Source of the DNA: Betaproteobacteria bacterium
GTDB lineage: Bacteria; Pseudomonadota; Gammaproteobacteria; Burkholderiales; SG8-41
Assembly: GCA_900299145.1 (NCBI GenBank)
Contig: OMIN01000098.1
Coordinates: 6,081 to 70,080, forward strand
Length of the DNA stretch: 64,000 nucleotides
Reading direction: 5' to 3'
The notes under the pieces are model-generated. The model was not told the origin of the DNA. It did not search any database and was given only the letters and a program-made list of their open reading frames with translations. Shown piece after piece: positions 19,337 through 28,539 of the stretch (position 1 is the stretch's first letter; each line of letters opens with the position of its first letter). Both the position numbers and the translations under genes were made by a program.

Positions 19337-21310
19337 ATGAAACTGTCACGTTTGCTGGTTGGATTGATTGCGTTGCTGTGGGTGGTGGTGTTTTTTGCCA
19401 CGCTGCTGGTGGTGGTGAACAACACGCGCAACTACCTGCACCGCTCGATGGAATCGCACGCGCAGGACACTGCTACCTCGCTGGGGCTGTCCATCACGCA
19501 AGGCAAAAGCTACAACGACGCGGTGACCATTGAGCTGATGACCAGTGCCATTTTTGACCGCGGGTACTACAGCGAAATTCTGGTCAAAAAATTCAGTGGT
19601 GAGCCGATTTTCAAGAAACGCGTCGAAAAGTCTGTCGAAGGCGTGCCGGGCTGGTTCATGAACGCGTTTAGCCTGCCCACGCCGCGCATGGACGCCACCG
19701 TGATGGACGGCTGGCGCAAGGCGGCGATAGTCGAAGTCGAAAGCCATCCGGGCCATGCCTACAAGGAGTTGTGGGAAATCGCCAAGAGTTCGTTTTGGTT
19801 GCTGCTGATCGTTGCGGTGATTTCGCTGGCGGTGGTGGCGTTCGTGTTGCGCCGGGCACTGCGGCCTCTGGGGGACATGGAACGGCAGGCGCTGGATATT
19901 TCGCGCCGCAAATTCACGTTGCTCGACAAGTTGCCGTGGGCGCGCGAGCTGCACCGCATTTCGCAGGCGTTGAACGATATGTGCCGCGCGGTGGAGCGCA
20001 TGCTGGGCGAACAAACCGCGCTCACCGAAAAAATGCGGCAAAAGGCCTACGTCGATGGTGTCACCGGTTTGATGAACCGCAACGATTTCAGCGAGAAGCT
20101 CAATCATCTGATCGCCACGCCGGAAATCTTCGGCGCTGGCGCGCTGGCGCTGGTGCGTATCAATGGCTTTGCGAAATACAACGAGAAAAACGGCCGCGCG
20201 GCGGGCGATGCGCTGCTGCAGAAAACTGCGCAACTGCTGGGCAAAATCGCCGACGATCATGAGCGCGCACTGCTCGCGCGCATGGACGGCCCGGAATTCG
20301 CGTTAATGGCGCCGGACGTGGAAGCGCCTGGACTCGCACCGCTGGGCGAAGCCATCATCAAGGCGCTGGCGGAGATCGAGGAATTTCCGCACACCGAAAC
20401 GAGCGTGATGGCGCACGCGGGTCTTGCGCACTATGAGCATAGCGACGGCGCGTCGTTCGGCAAGCTGATGCAGGCGGCGAATCAGGCGCTGGCGGTGGCG
20501 CACGGGCGCGGCCAGCCTGGCTGGCACGCGCCGCAAGCCGTGGCTGGCGCGGATGCCGCGGCGGCGGCTGTTTCAGCCCAGGTGAATGCCGTGTTCAAGG
20601 GCGGGAATGCCGGCATCGCTGAGCAGTTTGTGTCCGTGCAATATCAGCCGGTGCGCGGCTGCCAGAATGACATCGGCTGGGGTTATCGCGCCGAAGCGCT
20701 GGTGCGCGTGGCGGGAACCGATGGTGCGATCATTCCGGCGGGGCTGTTCATCCCGGTGGCGAAGCGCCTCGGCCTGCTCGGCGCGCTCGACCGGCTGGTG
20801 GTGGCGCAAGTGATGAAGCATATCGCGGCAAACGGGCCGGTGAATGGCGGCGCGGCGGCAGTGAACCTGTCGCCGGAATCGATCAATGAAGCGGGCTTTA
20901 TCGACTGGCTGTGCGCGCAGCTGCGGCAGCAACCTAACGCCGCGCGCCACATCATTTTTGAAGTTTCTGAAAGCTCGATCATCAACAAGATCGAGTCGGT
21001 GAAAACCGCGCTGCACCGGCTGCGCGAATGCGGCGCGCACTGCTCCATCGACCGGTTCGGGCAGAGCACGGCGTCGGTAGGCTTTTTGCGCAGCATCGAG
21101 GTCGATTACATCAAAATCGACGGCAGTTACACGCGCGGCATTATCGAATCGAGCGACCGGCAGTTTTTCGTGCAGGCGCTGGTGGGCATCGCGCACGGGC
21201 TGGGCATACAGGTGGTGACGGAGTACATTGAGACCGAGGCCGAGTTCAATGCCGTCAAGGGGCTGATGGTCGACGGCGCGCAGGGGTATTTTGTGGGTAA
21301 GCCGCAGTAG
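19337..21310 (+). CDS. LapD-like inner-membrane c-di-GMP receptor/effector (periplasmic domain-HAMP-degenerate GGDEF-EAL)
   Basis: Two TM helices flank a periplasmic domain, followed by a HAMP segment. The GGDEF position reads DGPEF. The EAL domain carries AEALVR, EVSE and IKIDGSY. Confidence 0.8.
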   Translation: MKLSRLLVGLIALLWVVVFFATLLVVVNNTRNYLHRSMESHAQDTATSLGLSITQGKSYNDAVTIELMTSAIFDRGYYSEILVKKFSGEPIFKKRVEKSVEGVPGWFMNAFSLPTPRMDATVMDGWRKAAIVEVESHPGHAYKELWEIAKSSFWLLLIVAVISLAVVAFVLRRALRPLGDMERQALDISRRKFTLLDKLPWARELHRISQALNDMCRAVERMLGEQTALTEKMRQKAYVDGVTGLMNRNDFSEKLNHLIATPEIFGAGALALVRINGFAKYNEKNGRAAGDALLQKTAQLLGKIADDHERALLARMDGPEFALMAPDVEAPGLAPLGEAIIKALAEIEEFPHTETSVMAHAGLAHYEHSDGASFGKLMQAANQALAVAHGRGQPGWHAPQAVAGADAAAAAVSAQVNAVFKGGNAGIAEQFVSVQYQPVRGCQNDIGWGYRAEALVRVAGTDGAIIPAGLFIPVAKRLGLLGALDRLVVAQVMKHIAANGPVNGGAAAVNLSPESINEAGFIDWLCAQLRQQPNAARHIIFEVSESSIINKIESVKTALHRLRECGAHCSIDRFGQSTASVGFLRSIEVDYIKIDGSYTRGIIESSDRQFFVQALVGIAHGLGIQVVTEYIETEAEFNAVKGLMVDGAQGYFVGKPQ

Positions 21311-21458
21311 GCGCGGTAAAGCTCGCTGGCCGACGCCTGCGGGAAGTTGTGTTGAAGGTTGGGAATCTCCCGCAAATTCGCGGTATGGCCGCAACGGCGG
21401 ATGCTATAGTTTGGCGTTTGTTTGAGGGTGGAGATTGCCGTTGCGGCAAGGCGCAATT

Positions 21459-21490
21459 ATAAAAAATAATGCATTAAAACAAATAGTTAT
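21459..21490 (+). repeat. AT-rich dispersed element copy
   Basis: ATAAAAAATAATGCATTAAAACAAATAGTTAT. It ends 15 nt before the GTG start at 21505. Confidence 0.9.
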
Positions 21491-21504
21491 AAAAAGTTAC
21501 CGGC

Positions 21505-21921
21505 GTGGCTGAAAACATTGTTCCTGTGGTTGGCAGTGGTGGTGGCGACGGCGGCAGCGGCGCGGATACCTTCAAGTGGAACAGCGGCGATCAAGGCAGC
21601 CCCGGCGCGCCTGCCGTCGATACTCTCAAGGATTTCAATCCCTCGACCGCCGCTGCCGACAAAGACGTACTCGACCTGCGCGACCTGCTGATCGGCGAGA
21701 CCCACGGTGCGGGCAATTCGGGAAATCTGAGTTCGTATTTGTCGTTCGAGCAGACTGGCAGCGATGTCACGCTGTCGATCAAGTCGTCGGGTGCGGGCGC
21801 CGCTGATCAGGTCATCGTGCTACAGAACGTAACCATGCAGCAGCTAGGCGGCAGCAGTGCCACAGATAGCGCGGGCGTAATCCAAAGTTTGCTGAACAGC
21901 GGCAAGCTGATTTCGGATTGA
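21505..21921 (+). CDS. small protein consisting only of a type I secretion C-terminal target domain (VCA0849-type)
   Basis: GGGDGGSGADTFKW...DTLKDFN...DVLDLRDLL...YLSF...TLSI pattern, as found at the C-termini of giant RTX/LapA-like adhesins. There is no passenger domain, and the frame is closed upstream by a TAA. Confidence 0.7.
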   Translation: MAENIVPVVGSGGGDGGSGADTFKWNSGDQGSPGAPAVDTLKDFNPSTAAADKDVLDLRDLLIGETHGAGNSGNLSSYLSFEQTGSDVTLSIKSSGAGAADQVIVLQNVTMQQLGGSSATDSAGVIQSLLNSGKLISD

Positions 21922-22113
21922 TGGCGCGGGGCTTGAGAATTCCCGATTCTTAGCTCTGGCACGTAAGGGAAGTCAGGCGGGGCGGCGCCCGGTGGTGGAT
22001 TCACGCGCGGTGAGCGGCGATAATAGCGGCTCGCCGTAAAGCGTGTGTCTAGCAGTAACCACTGCAACCACTAAAACTGCCGCAACCGCTGCAATCACAG
22101 CTACTGAATTCAA

Positions 22114-23754
22114 TTGAGTTCCCTCGAATCCCGTTACGATGCCGTAATCATCGGCGGCGGCCACAACGGCCTCACCTGCGCCTGTTACCTCGCCGCCGCG
22201 GGACTGAAAGTGCGCATTGTCGAGCGGTATACCGAAGTCGGCGGCGCCGCGATTACCGAGGAATTTCACCCCGGCTTTCGCAATTCCGCAGCAGCCTACA
22301 CGGTAAGCCTGCTCAATCCGAAGGTCATTACCGATCTGAATCTGGCCGAACACGGCTTGCGTGTTGTCGAGCGCCCGCTGTCGAATTTTTTGCCGTTGCC
22401 CGGCGGCGGCGCGTTGCGCGTAGGGCCAACGCTGGCGGCAACCCAGGCCGAAGTGGCACGTTTTTCCCGGCGCGATGCCGAACGCCTGCCGCAGTATTTC
22501 GACACATTGGAGCGGGCGGCCGGCGTGGTGCGCGATATGTTGCTGGAGACGCCGCCCAACGTCGGCGATTCGCTGGATTTCATGGATACGTTGAGCATCA
22601 CGCAGCGCATGCTCAAAGTTTCGCGGCGGGCGAAAAACCTCGACATGCCGACCCGCCGCGACGTGCTGGATTTTTTTACCAAGAGCGCGGGCGACGTGCT
22701 CGATGCGTGGTTCGAGTCCGATCCGATCAAGGCGGTGTTCGGCTTTGACGCCATTGTCGGCCACTTCGCCAGCCCTTATACGCCTGGCTCGGCTTATGTG
22801 CTGCTGCACCACGTGATCGGCGAAGTGAACGGCCATCGCGGCGTGTGGGGCCACGCCATCGGCGGCATGGGCGCGATCACGCAAGCCATGCGCAGAGAGG
22901 CCGAACGGCGCGGCGTGGAAATCACCACCGGCAGTGAGGTCGCGCAGGTGGTGGCCGACATGCGCGGCGTGCAGGGCGTGCAGCTTGCCGACGGGCGCGT
23001 GATCGATGCGCGCTGCGTGGTGTCTGGCGTGAATCCGAAACTGCTTTACACCAAACTGGTGCCGCAACACGCGCTCGACGAGGAATCTCTGCGCCGCATG
23101 CGCAATTACAAATGCGCGTCGGGCACGTTCCGCATGAACGTCGCGCTTTCGGAATTGCCGGATTTCACCTGCGCACCCGGCAAACACGCGCAGGATCACC
23201 ACAAATCTGGGATCATTCTCGCGCCCTCCTTGCATTACATGGAGCAGGCGTATTTCGACGCACGCACGCTGGGCTGCTCGCGCAAGCCGATAATCGAAAT
23301 TCTGATTCCTTCCACAGTTGACGGCAGCCTTGCACCGCCGGGCCGGCATGTGGCAAGCCTTTTCTGCCAGCACTTTAATCCTGTGCTGCCCAACGGATTG
23401 AATTGGAATGACATTCGGGAACCGGCAGCCGATCTGATTATCGACGCCGTTACGCAGTACGCGCCTAACTTCAAGGCCAGCGTTCTCGGCCGTACGGTGT
23501 TGTCACCCCTGGATCTGGAAAGCCGGTTTGGGCTTACCGGCGGCGACATTTTTCACGGCACGCTCACGCTCGATCAACTGTGGAGTGCTCGCCCGCTGCT
23601 TGGCCATGGCGCCTATCGCGGGCCGCTGGCGGGGCTCTACATGTGCGGATCAGGTGCGCATCCCGGCGGCGGCGTGACGGGCGCGCCGGGACACAACGCG
23701 GCGCGCGAAATCATCACCGATTTCAAGCGTGGGCGGGTGACGAGGAAATCTTGA
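22114..23754 (+). CDS. NAD(P)/FAD-dependent oxidoreductase (phytoene desaturase-related, COG1233-like)
   Basis: YDAVIIGGGHNGLTCACYLAAAGLKV dinucleotide-binding motif and C-terminal GSGAHPGGGVTG. Confidence 0.85.
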   Translation: MSSLESRYDAVIIGGGHNGLTCACYLAAAGLKVRIVERYTEVGGAAITEEFHPGFRNSAAAYTVSLLNPKVITDLNLAEHGLRVVERPLSNFLPLPGGGALRVGPTLAATQAEVARFSRRDAERLPQYFDTLERAAGVVRDMLLETPPNVGDSLDFMDTLSITQRMLKVSRRAKNLDMPTRRDVLDFFTKSAGDVLDAWFESDPIKAVFGFDAIVGHFASPYTPGSAYVLLHHVIGEVNGHRGVWGHAIGGMGAITQAMRREAERRGVEITTGSEVAQVVADMRGVQGVQLADGRVIDARCVVSGVNPKLLYTKLVPQHALDEESLRRMRNYKCASGTFRMNVALSELPDFTCAPGKHAQDHHKSGIILAPSLHYMEQAYFDARTLGCSRKPIIEILIPSTVDGSLAPPGRHVASLFCQHFNPVLPNGLNWNDIREPAADLIIDAVTQYAPNFKASVLGRTVLSPLDLESRFGLTGGDIFHGTLTLDQLWSARPLLGHGAYRGPLAGLYMCGSGAHPGGGVTGAPGHNAAREIITDFKRGRVTRKS

Positions 23755-23780
23755 AAACATTAATAAAAACAAATACTTAT
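23751..23780 (+). repeat. AT-rich dispersed element copy
   Basis: TTGAAAACATTAATAAAAACAAATACTTAT. It overlaps the upstream stop codon and encodes the n-region of the next gene's lipoprotein signal (MKTLIKTNTYV). Confidence 0.9.
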
Positions 23781-24374
23781 GTTTTGTGTCTATTGTGCCT
23801 GACGTTGCTCGCCGGCTGCGGCAACAATGTTCCCAAGCTCGGCAAACTTGCCGCCCCGGATGTCATAGTTGCGTTTGGCGACAGCCTCACTTTTGGCACG
23901 GGCGCGTCTGAGGCGGAAAGTTATCCCATCGTGCTCGGGCAACTCATCGGGCGCAATGTGGTACGCGCGGGCGTGCCGGGCGAGCAGACGGAAGGCGGAC
24001 TCGCGCGCCTGCAATCGGTGATCGACGAGCACAAGCCCAAACTCATGATCGTGTGCCTGGGCGGCAACGACATGCTGCGCAAGGTGAATGAAGCGCAAAC
24101 CAAATCGAATTTGCGCACGATCGTTCAAACTATCCAGGGGCAAGGCATAGCCGTGGTGCTGATGGGCGTGCCCAAGCCCGCGCTGGTCACTGGCGCAGCG
24201 CCGTTCTACGATGAAATCGCCAGGGAGTTTGGCATCCCTTACGAAGGCAAAATCGTTACCGACGTGCTGTATCAGCGTGACCAGAAATCCGACCCGATAC
24301 ACCCGAATGCCAAGGGCTACCGGCGTATCGCCGAGGCGCTGGCGGCGCTGTTGAAGAAGGCAGGGGCTGTTTAA
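23751..24374 (+). CDS. SGNH/GDSL arylesterase-lysophospholipase (TesA-like) lipoprotein
   Basis: VAFGDSLTFG, GGND and DPIHP blocks, with lipobox LLAGC. The TTG at 23751 is inferred as the start and is uncertain. Confidence 0.8.
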   Translation: MKTLIKTNTYVLCLLCLTLLAGCGNNVPKLGKLAAPDVIVAFGDSLTFGTGASEAESYPIVLGQLIGRNVVRAGVPGEQTEGGLARLQSVIDEHKPKLMIVCLGGNDMLRKVNEAQTKSNLRTIVQTIQGQGIAVVLMGVPKPALVTGAAPFYDEIAREFGIPYEGKIVTDVLYQRDQKSDPIHPNAKGYRRIAEALAALLKKAGAV

Positions 24375-24428
24375 ATTGAATGTCCTTCGAGTTCGCGGCT
24401 TAGCCGCCCCGCTCAGGACGAACGGATT

Positions 24429-25664
24429 GTGAATCGCCCCCGCTCAGCCGTCGCCATGACTTTCGTCATGTGCGTGGCCGAGGCTTTCAGCATGGCTTCG
24501 TTCGCGGCGTATGCGACGTTGTTGCCGTTGTTCCAGAAAGCGTGGGGGCTTTCCAATACCGAGGCGGGGTTGATTGGCGGCATTGCCTTCGCCGGCTACA
24601 TGACGGCGGTGCCGGTGCTTTCCGCGCTGACAGATCGCGTTGACTCACGGCGCATTTATTTTGGTGCGTGTTGTTTGTCGGCGCTGGGTGCGGCAGGCTT
24701 TGCGCTATTTGCGCAGGGCTTGTGGACGGCGCTTTTGTTTCAGTTTGTCATCGGCGCGGGGCTGGGCGGCACGTATATGCCGGGCATGAAAACGCTGACC
24801 GATCCGCTGCAAGGCAGCGCTCAGGCGCGGGCCACGGCGTTTTACGCGGCGTGTTTCGGCGTGGGGTCGAGTCTGTCGATTTTCGCGTCGGGCTGGCTCG
24901 CCGCGAACCACAGTTGGCAGGCGGCGTTTGTGTTCGGCACCGTCGGGCCGCTGATCGCGGCGTCACTGGTGATGCTGCTGATGCCGCCCGGCCACACACG
25001 CAAGGAGAAGGCTGCTACCGCGCTGCTGGATTTCCGCCCGGTGCTCGCCAACCGCGTCACGCGCTATTACATTCTCGGCTACGCGGTGCACAGCTATGAA
25101 CTCTTCACGCAGCGCGCGTGGATGGTGGCGTTCATTGCTTTTTCAGCAACGTTGCAACCGGCGGGAACCGCTGCCGCTGCGCTGAGCGCGGCGACACTGG
25201 CAGCAATCGTCAATTTGCGCGGCCCGCTGATGAGTGTCACCGGCAACGAACTTGCGCTGCGCTTTGGCCGCGAGCGCATTATTTTTGTGTTCATGACGGC
25301 GTCCGGGCTCTTCACTTGCGGCCTCGGGTTTGCCGCCGGGCTGCCTTCCGCAGCGGTGTTCGTGGTGATGTGCGTGCACTACGGCCTGATGCTCGGCGAT
25401 TCGGCGGCACTTACCGCCGGCGCCATCGGCTCAGCGCACGCGGATCAGCGCGGTGCGATGTTGGCGGTGTATTCGTTCATTGGCTTTAGCGCCGCGCTGG
25501 TGGGGACGCTGGTGTTCGGCGTGGTGCTGGATCTTGCCGGCGGCAACCGCAGTACCCAGGCGTGGGTGCTGGCTTATGTCAGCATCGGCATCTTTGGCGT
25601 GTTCGCGCCAGTGGCCCGAGTGCTGCACAAAATCACCAAACGAAAAATCAATGAAAACAATTAG
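24429..25664 (+). CDS. MFS transporter
   Basis: ~12 predicted TM helices. The C-terminal tail ...KITKRKINENN is encoded by the AT-rich element. Confidence 0.8.
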   Translation: MNRPRSAVAMTFVMCVAEAFSMASFAAYATLLPLFQKAWGLSNTEAGLIGGIAFAGYMTAVPVLSALTDRVDSRRIYFGACCLSALGAAGFALFAQGLWTALLFQFVIGAGLGGTYMPGMKTLTDPLQGSAQARATAFYAACFGVGSSLSIFASGWLAANHSWQAAFVFGTVGPLIAASLVMLLMPPGHTRKEKAATALLDFRPVLANRVTRYYILGYAVHSYELFTQRAWMVAFIAFSATLQPAGTAAAALSAATLAAIVNLRGPLMSVTGNELALRFGRERIIFVFMTASGLFTCGLGFAAGLPSAAVFVVMCVHYGLMLGDSAALTAGAIGSAHADQRGAMLAVYSFIGFSAALVGTLVFGVVLDLAGGNRSTQAWVLAYVSIGIFGVFAPVARVLHKITKRKINENN

Positions 25665-25669
25665 TTACG
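25642..25669 (+). repeat. AT-rich dispersed element copy
   Basis: GAAAAATCAATGAAAACAATTAGTTACG, containing the MFS stop codon. The 3' flank GTATTTTGAAAG resembles the flank of the copy at 38853. Confidence 0.85.
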
Positions 25670-25801
25670 TATTTTGAAAGATACTATACTCCCGCGCATC
25701 CATCGTTAAGGCACGCAATTGCACGCGACCCGTTGCATGCAACCCACCGGCATCGCTGGTGCGTTTCGCACAGCGCTAAACAATTTCCAAACTTCTTCCC
25801 C

Positions 25802-26761
25802 ATGCGTATATTCCTCCTGGTTCTCTTCGCGGCAGCCGCTGCCAATGCCGGCGCGCAAGTTGCCTACCCCGTCAAACCTATACGCCTGATCGTCACATTT
25901 ACGCCCGGCGGAACCGCCGATTTGCTCGGTCGTACGCTGGGACAGGAGCTGGCGCAGCGTACCGGGCAAACTGTCGTTGTCGACAACAAGGCAGGCGCGG
26001 GTGGTGTACTGGGCTCCGATTTGGCGGCGAAAGCTGCGCCGGATGGCTACACGCTGGTGCTGTCCAACGCGGCTTCACACGCCAGCGCCACGGCAATCAA
26101 CAAGTACATGCCGTACGATCCGGAACGCGACTTTGCGCACATCGGTGTGGTTTGCGTGATGCCCCAGACATTTGTGGTGCCGCGCGATTTCCCGGCCAAT
26201 ACGCTCGAAGGCTTTGTCGCAGAGGCGAAACGCGCGCCCGGCAAGCTGAATTTCGGAACCGCGGGCATCGGCTCGATGGGACACTTCGCCGGCGAATTGA
26301 TGAAAGTGAGTGCCGGGATCGACATGCGTCACGTGCCCTACAAAGGTACCGCGCCCGCCAACATTGATTTGATCGCCAATCGCGTGCAAGCGATGTTTCA
26401 GAATGGTCCCGAAGCGGTGGCGCACATCCGCGCGGGCAGTATCAAACTGCTGGCCGTTACCGGCGACAAACGCTCGCCTCAGTTTCCCGACACGCCAACA
26501 TTTATCGAGGCCGGGGTACCCGGGTTCGTGACCTACAGCTGGTACGGTCTGTCCGCGCCGCGCGGCACGCCGCCGGCCATTGTCGCGACACTCAACCGGC
26601 AGCTCAATGACATTCTGAGTCAGCCCGCCATCAACAAGCGGCTTACCGATCTCGGCTTGGAGCTGCGCCCCGTGTCATCGGCCGAATTCACGCGCTTTGT
26701 GGCGGCGGAGATCAAAAAATTTCAGGATGTTGCGCGGCGCGCCAAAATCGCGGTTGATTGA
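25802..26761 (+). CDS. Bug family (TctC-like) substrate-binding protein
   Basis: YPVKPIRLIVTFTPGGTAD and VPYKGTAP motifs. The ATG at 25802 is preferred. Confidence 0.9.
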   Translation: MRIFLLVLFAAAAANAGAQVAYPVKPIRLIVTFTPGGTADLLGRTLGQELAQRTGQTVVVDNKAGAGGVLGSDLAAKAAPDGYTLVLSNAASHASATAINKYMPYDPERDFAHIGVVCVMPQTFVVPRDFPANTLEGFVAEAKRAPGKLNFGTAGIGSMGHFAGELMKVSAGIDMRHVPYKGTAPANIDLIANRVQAMFQNGPEAVAHIRAGSIKLLAVTGDKRSPQFPDTPTFIEAGVPGFVTYSWYGLSAPRGTPPAIVATLNRQLNDILSQPAINKRLTDLGLELRPVSSAEFTRFVAAEIKKFQDVARRAKIAVD

Positions 26762-26873
26762 TAAAGACGGATTTAGTTCGTCGTCGACCGCCTTGATTTT
26801 TCGGAAAAACTGCCTGCACGGTTTGATAAGGGAGGGCAGGCGCAAGCCTGTTTTCTACACTTCGCAGGCGCAA

Positions 26874-27074
26874 TTGCATTTTTATACCGGCCGCTTTGGC
26901 AATTTTTGCTACCGCGTCGAATTCAGCGCGCACCAAGCGTGCGAATTCTGCCGACCCCATGCTCGTCGGTTCGCCGGTAAGCTTGTGGAACTGCTCGCGC
27001 ACATTGGGCGAGGCGCATGCCTCCGCGATGTCCATCCCAAGCTTGTTCACAATGTCAAAAGACATGCCAGCGGG
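26874..27074 (-). pseudogene. C-terminal fragment of a Bug/TctC gene
   Basis: MSFDIVNKLG...PNVREQFHKLTGEPTSMGSAEFARLVRAEFDAVAKIAKAAGIKMQ matches only the last ~65 aa of Bug proteins. It sits inside a chimeric 193-aa ORF. Confidence 0.65.
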
Positions 27075-27320
27075 GGGCCATACGCCGAACAACAGGGCAT
27101 CTTCGAATTCTTCACAGTAGTAAGCGAGCGATTTCGCCAAAGCCCTGCGATGGGCGCGCGGAATCTCCTGATGAGTGAACCTTTCATCCACCTCCAGACG
27201 TTCACGTATTGCATGGATAAATTCGTCGTTGCTCAGATATCTTTGCCCATTGAGGTCTTTCCACACGCTCTCGCCACGAATACCTTGTTGCACGAACTCG
27301 ACGTAGTGCTCGATATGCCG

Positions 27321-27695
27321 CTGCGCATTGGCCGCGAGCGCATTATTTTTGTCTTCACGACGGCATCGGGTGTGGCCACCTGCCTACGGGGATTCGCCGC
27401 CGGACTGCCGTCGGCGGTGGTCTTCGCCCTCATGTGCGTGCACTACGATTTGATGCTGGGTGACTCCGCTGCACTGACCGCCGGCGCCATTGGCTCGGCG
27501 CATGCCGATCAACACGGTGCGATGATGGTTGTGTATTCTTTTATTGGTTTCAGTGCCGCGATGGTGGCGCCGCTGGTGTTCGGCACGGTGCCCGATATCG
27601 CCGGCGGCAACCGCAGCACGCTGGCTTGGTTACTGGCTTACGTCAGCATCGGCGTGTTTGGCGCGGCTGCGCCGATGGTTCAAGCACTATATTAA
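27321..27695 (+). pseudogene. duplicated 3' fragment of the MFS transporter gene
   Basis: LRIGRERIIFVFTTASG...AYVSIGVFGAAAP parallels residues LRFGRERIIFVFMTASG...AYVSIGIFGVFAP of the intact gene (24429..25664). By eye, nt identity is roughly 80%. Confidence 0.8.
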
Positions 27696-27721
27696 AAAAT
27701 CCAATAAAAACAAATAGTTAT
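27691..27721 (+). repeat. AT-rich dispersed element copy
   Basis: ATTAAAAAATCCAATAAAAACAAATAGTTAT. It carries the stop codons of both convergent flanking reading frames. Confidence 0.9.
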
Positions 27722-28302
27722 GTGCCACTCGCCTTGTTTGTGGCGTTTGCTTCGGCGCTACTGACATACTGCGGCCAGCGCCGCTTCACCTCGGGCCCGG
27801 CTTCGTCATAGATGTGGCACGAGTTGATCTGATACGGCTTGCGCGTCATGGGCTTGCCGGCATCTCGGGCCTGGCGCGCGCGGCCCGTCGCCTGAAACGC
27901 CGTGGTGCCAAGCGGCCCGAGCAGTTCTACGAGATGCGTGCAGCCATGAATGCCGCCCAGCCGCAGACGAATCTCGCGCCGCTAGCCGGGGCCGATGGTC
28001 ACGCCGACGAGCCGTTTGAAATTTACCGCGATGTCGCCGCAAGTCGGATGCGGGCCGTCATCAGTGATCGCTTCGGCGTCATGGATCAGCATGTCCAGAT
28101 CAATGGTAAGCCGTATCCACATGTTATGCACCGGCTGGCCGGGTTGGCGCATCGTCTCGTTGTCGCGCCGCATGTGCGCGTGATATTTACTGTCGACAAG
28201 ATGCGCTTCGATATCCCACAAGCCGTCGGCGCGCTCGTAGCCTATGCATTCGATGGCGCGTTTGTGGATGGCTGTGCGGGGTTGTGGCGGGGACAACGGC
28301 AT
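27718..28302 (-). pseudogene. DUF2889 family gene with an in-frame TAG
   Basis: The N-terminal 106 aa end in ...GVTIGPG-TAG. The same frame then continues RREIRLRLGGIHGCTHLVELLGP... (the GCTHL motif of DUF2889) to a TAA at 27718-27720. Confidence 0.7.
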
Positions 28303-28304
28303 GT

Positions 28305-28499
28305 TCAGTTCCTCAAATCAGCAGTTCGCCGCGCGGGCAATGCCTGCAATATGCGCTGGCGTTCTTCAACGCTGTAACGCGTCCAGTAAGAAATTTCCTT
28401 CAACGTGCGCGCGCAGCCGAGACAAAATCCGCTCACCTGATCGATCACGCAGGTGTGTACGCACGGCGATTCAAAATCATCGTACGGGTCGCCGGGCAT
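28305..28499 (-). CDS. DUF1289 domain protein (small Cys-rich)
   Basis: SPCVHTCVID...GFCLGCARTLKEISYW. The start at M41 of the 104-aa ORF avoids overlap with the lyase gene. Confidence 0.7.
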   Translation of the reverse strand: MPGDPYDDFESPCVHTCVIDQVSGFCLGCARTLKEISYWTRYSVEERQRILQALPARRTADLRN

Positions 28500-28539
28500 A
28501 GGGGTCACGGGGTGATCGCGCGTGCAAAGGCAGCTGGAA

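Noticed and set aside
22040-22113. Low-complexity CAACC/CTGC-rich stretch upstream of the oxidoreductase gene
   Set aside because: It shows only loose short-period similarity, with no clean tandem repeat unit or hairpin. It is probably just leader sequence.
21973-23373. 466-aa ORF on the minus strand
   Set aside because: It lies entirely antisense to the well-supported FAD-dependent oxidoreductase (22114..23754). Its Arg/Ala/His-rich composition is typical of shadow ORFs in GC-rich DNA. The same reasoning applies to 14980..15924(-), 7661..8443(-), 19346..20260(-), 20573..21394(-), 46277..46996(-) and similar ORFs.
26697-27695. 332-aa ORF treated as an intact gene
   Set aside because: It is a chimera. 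Only its last ~125 codons resemble anything (the MFS 3' duplicate). The 5' two-thirds are antisense to a Bug-fragment ORF and show no motif.
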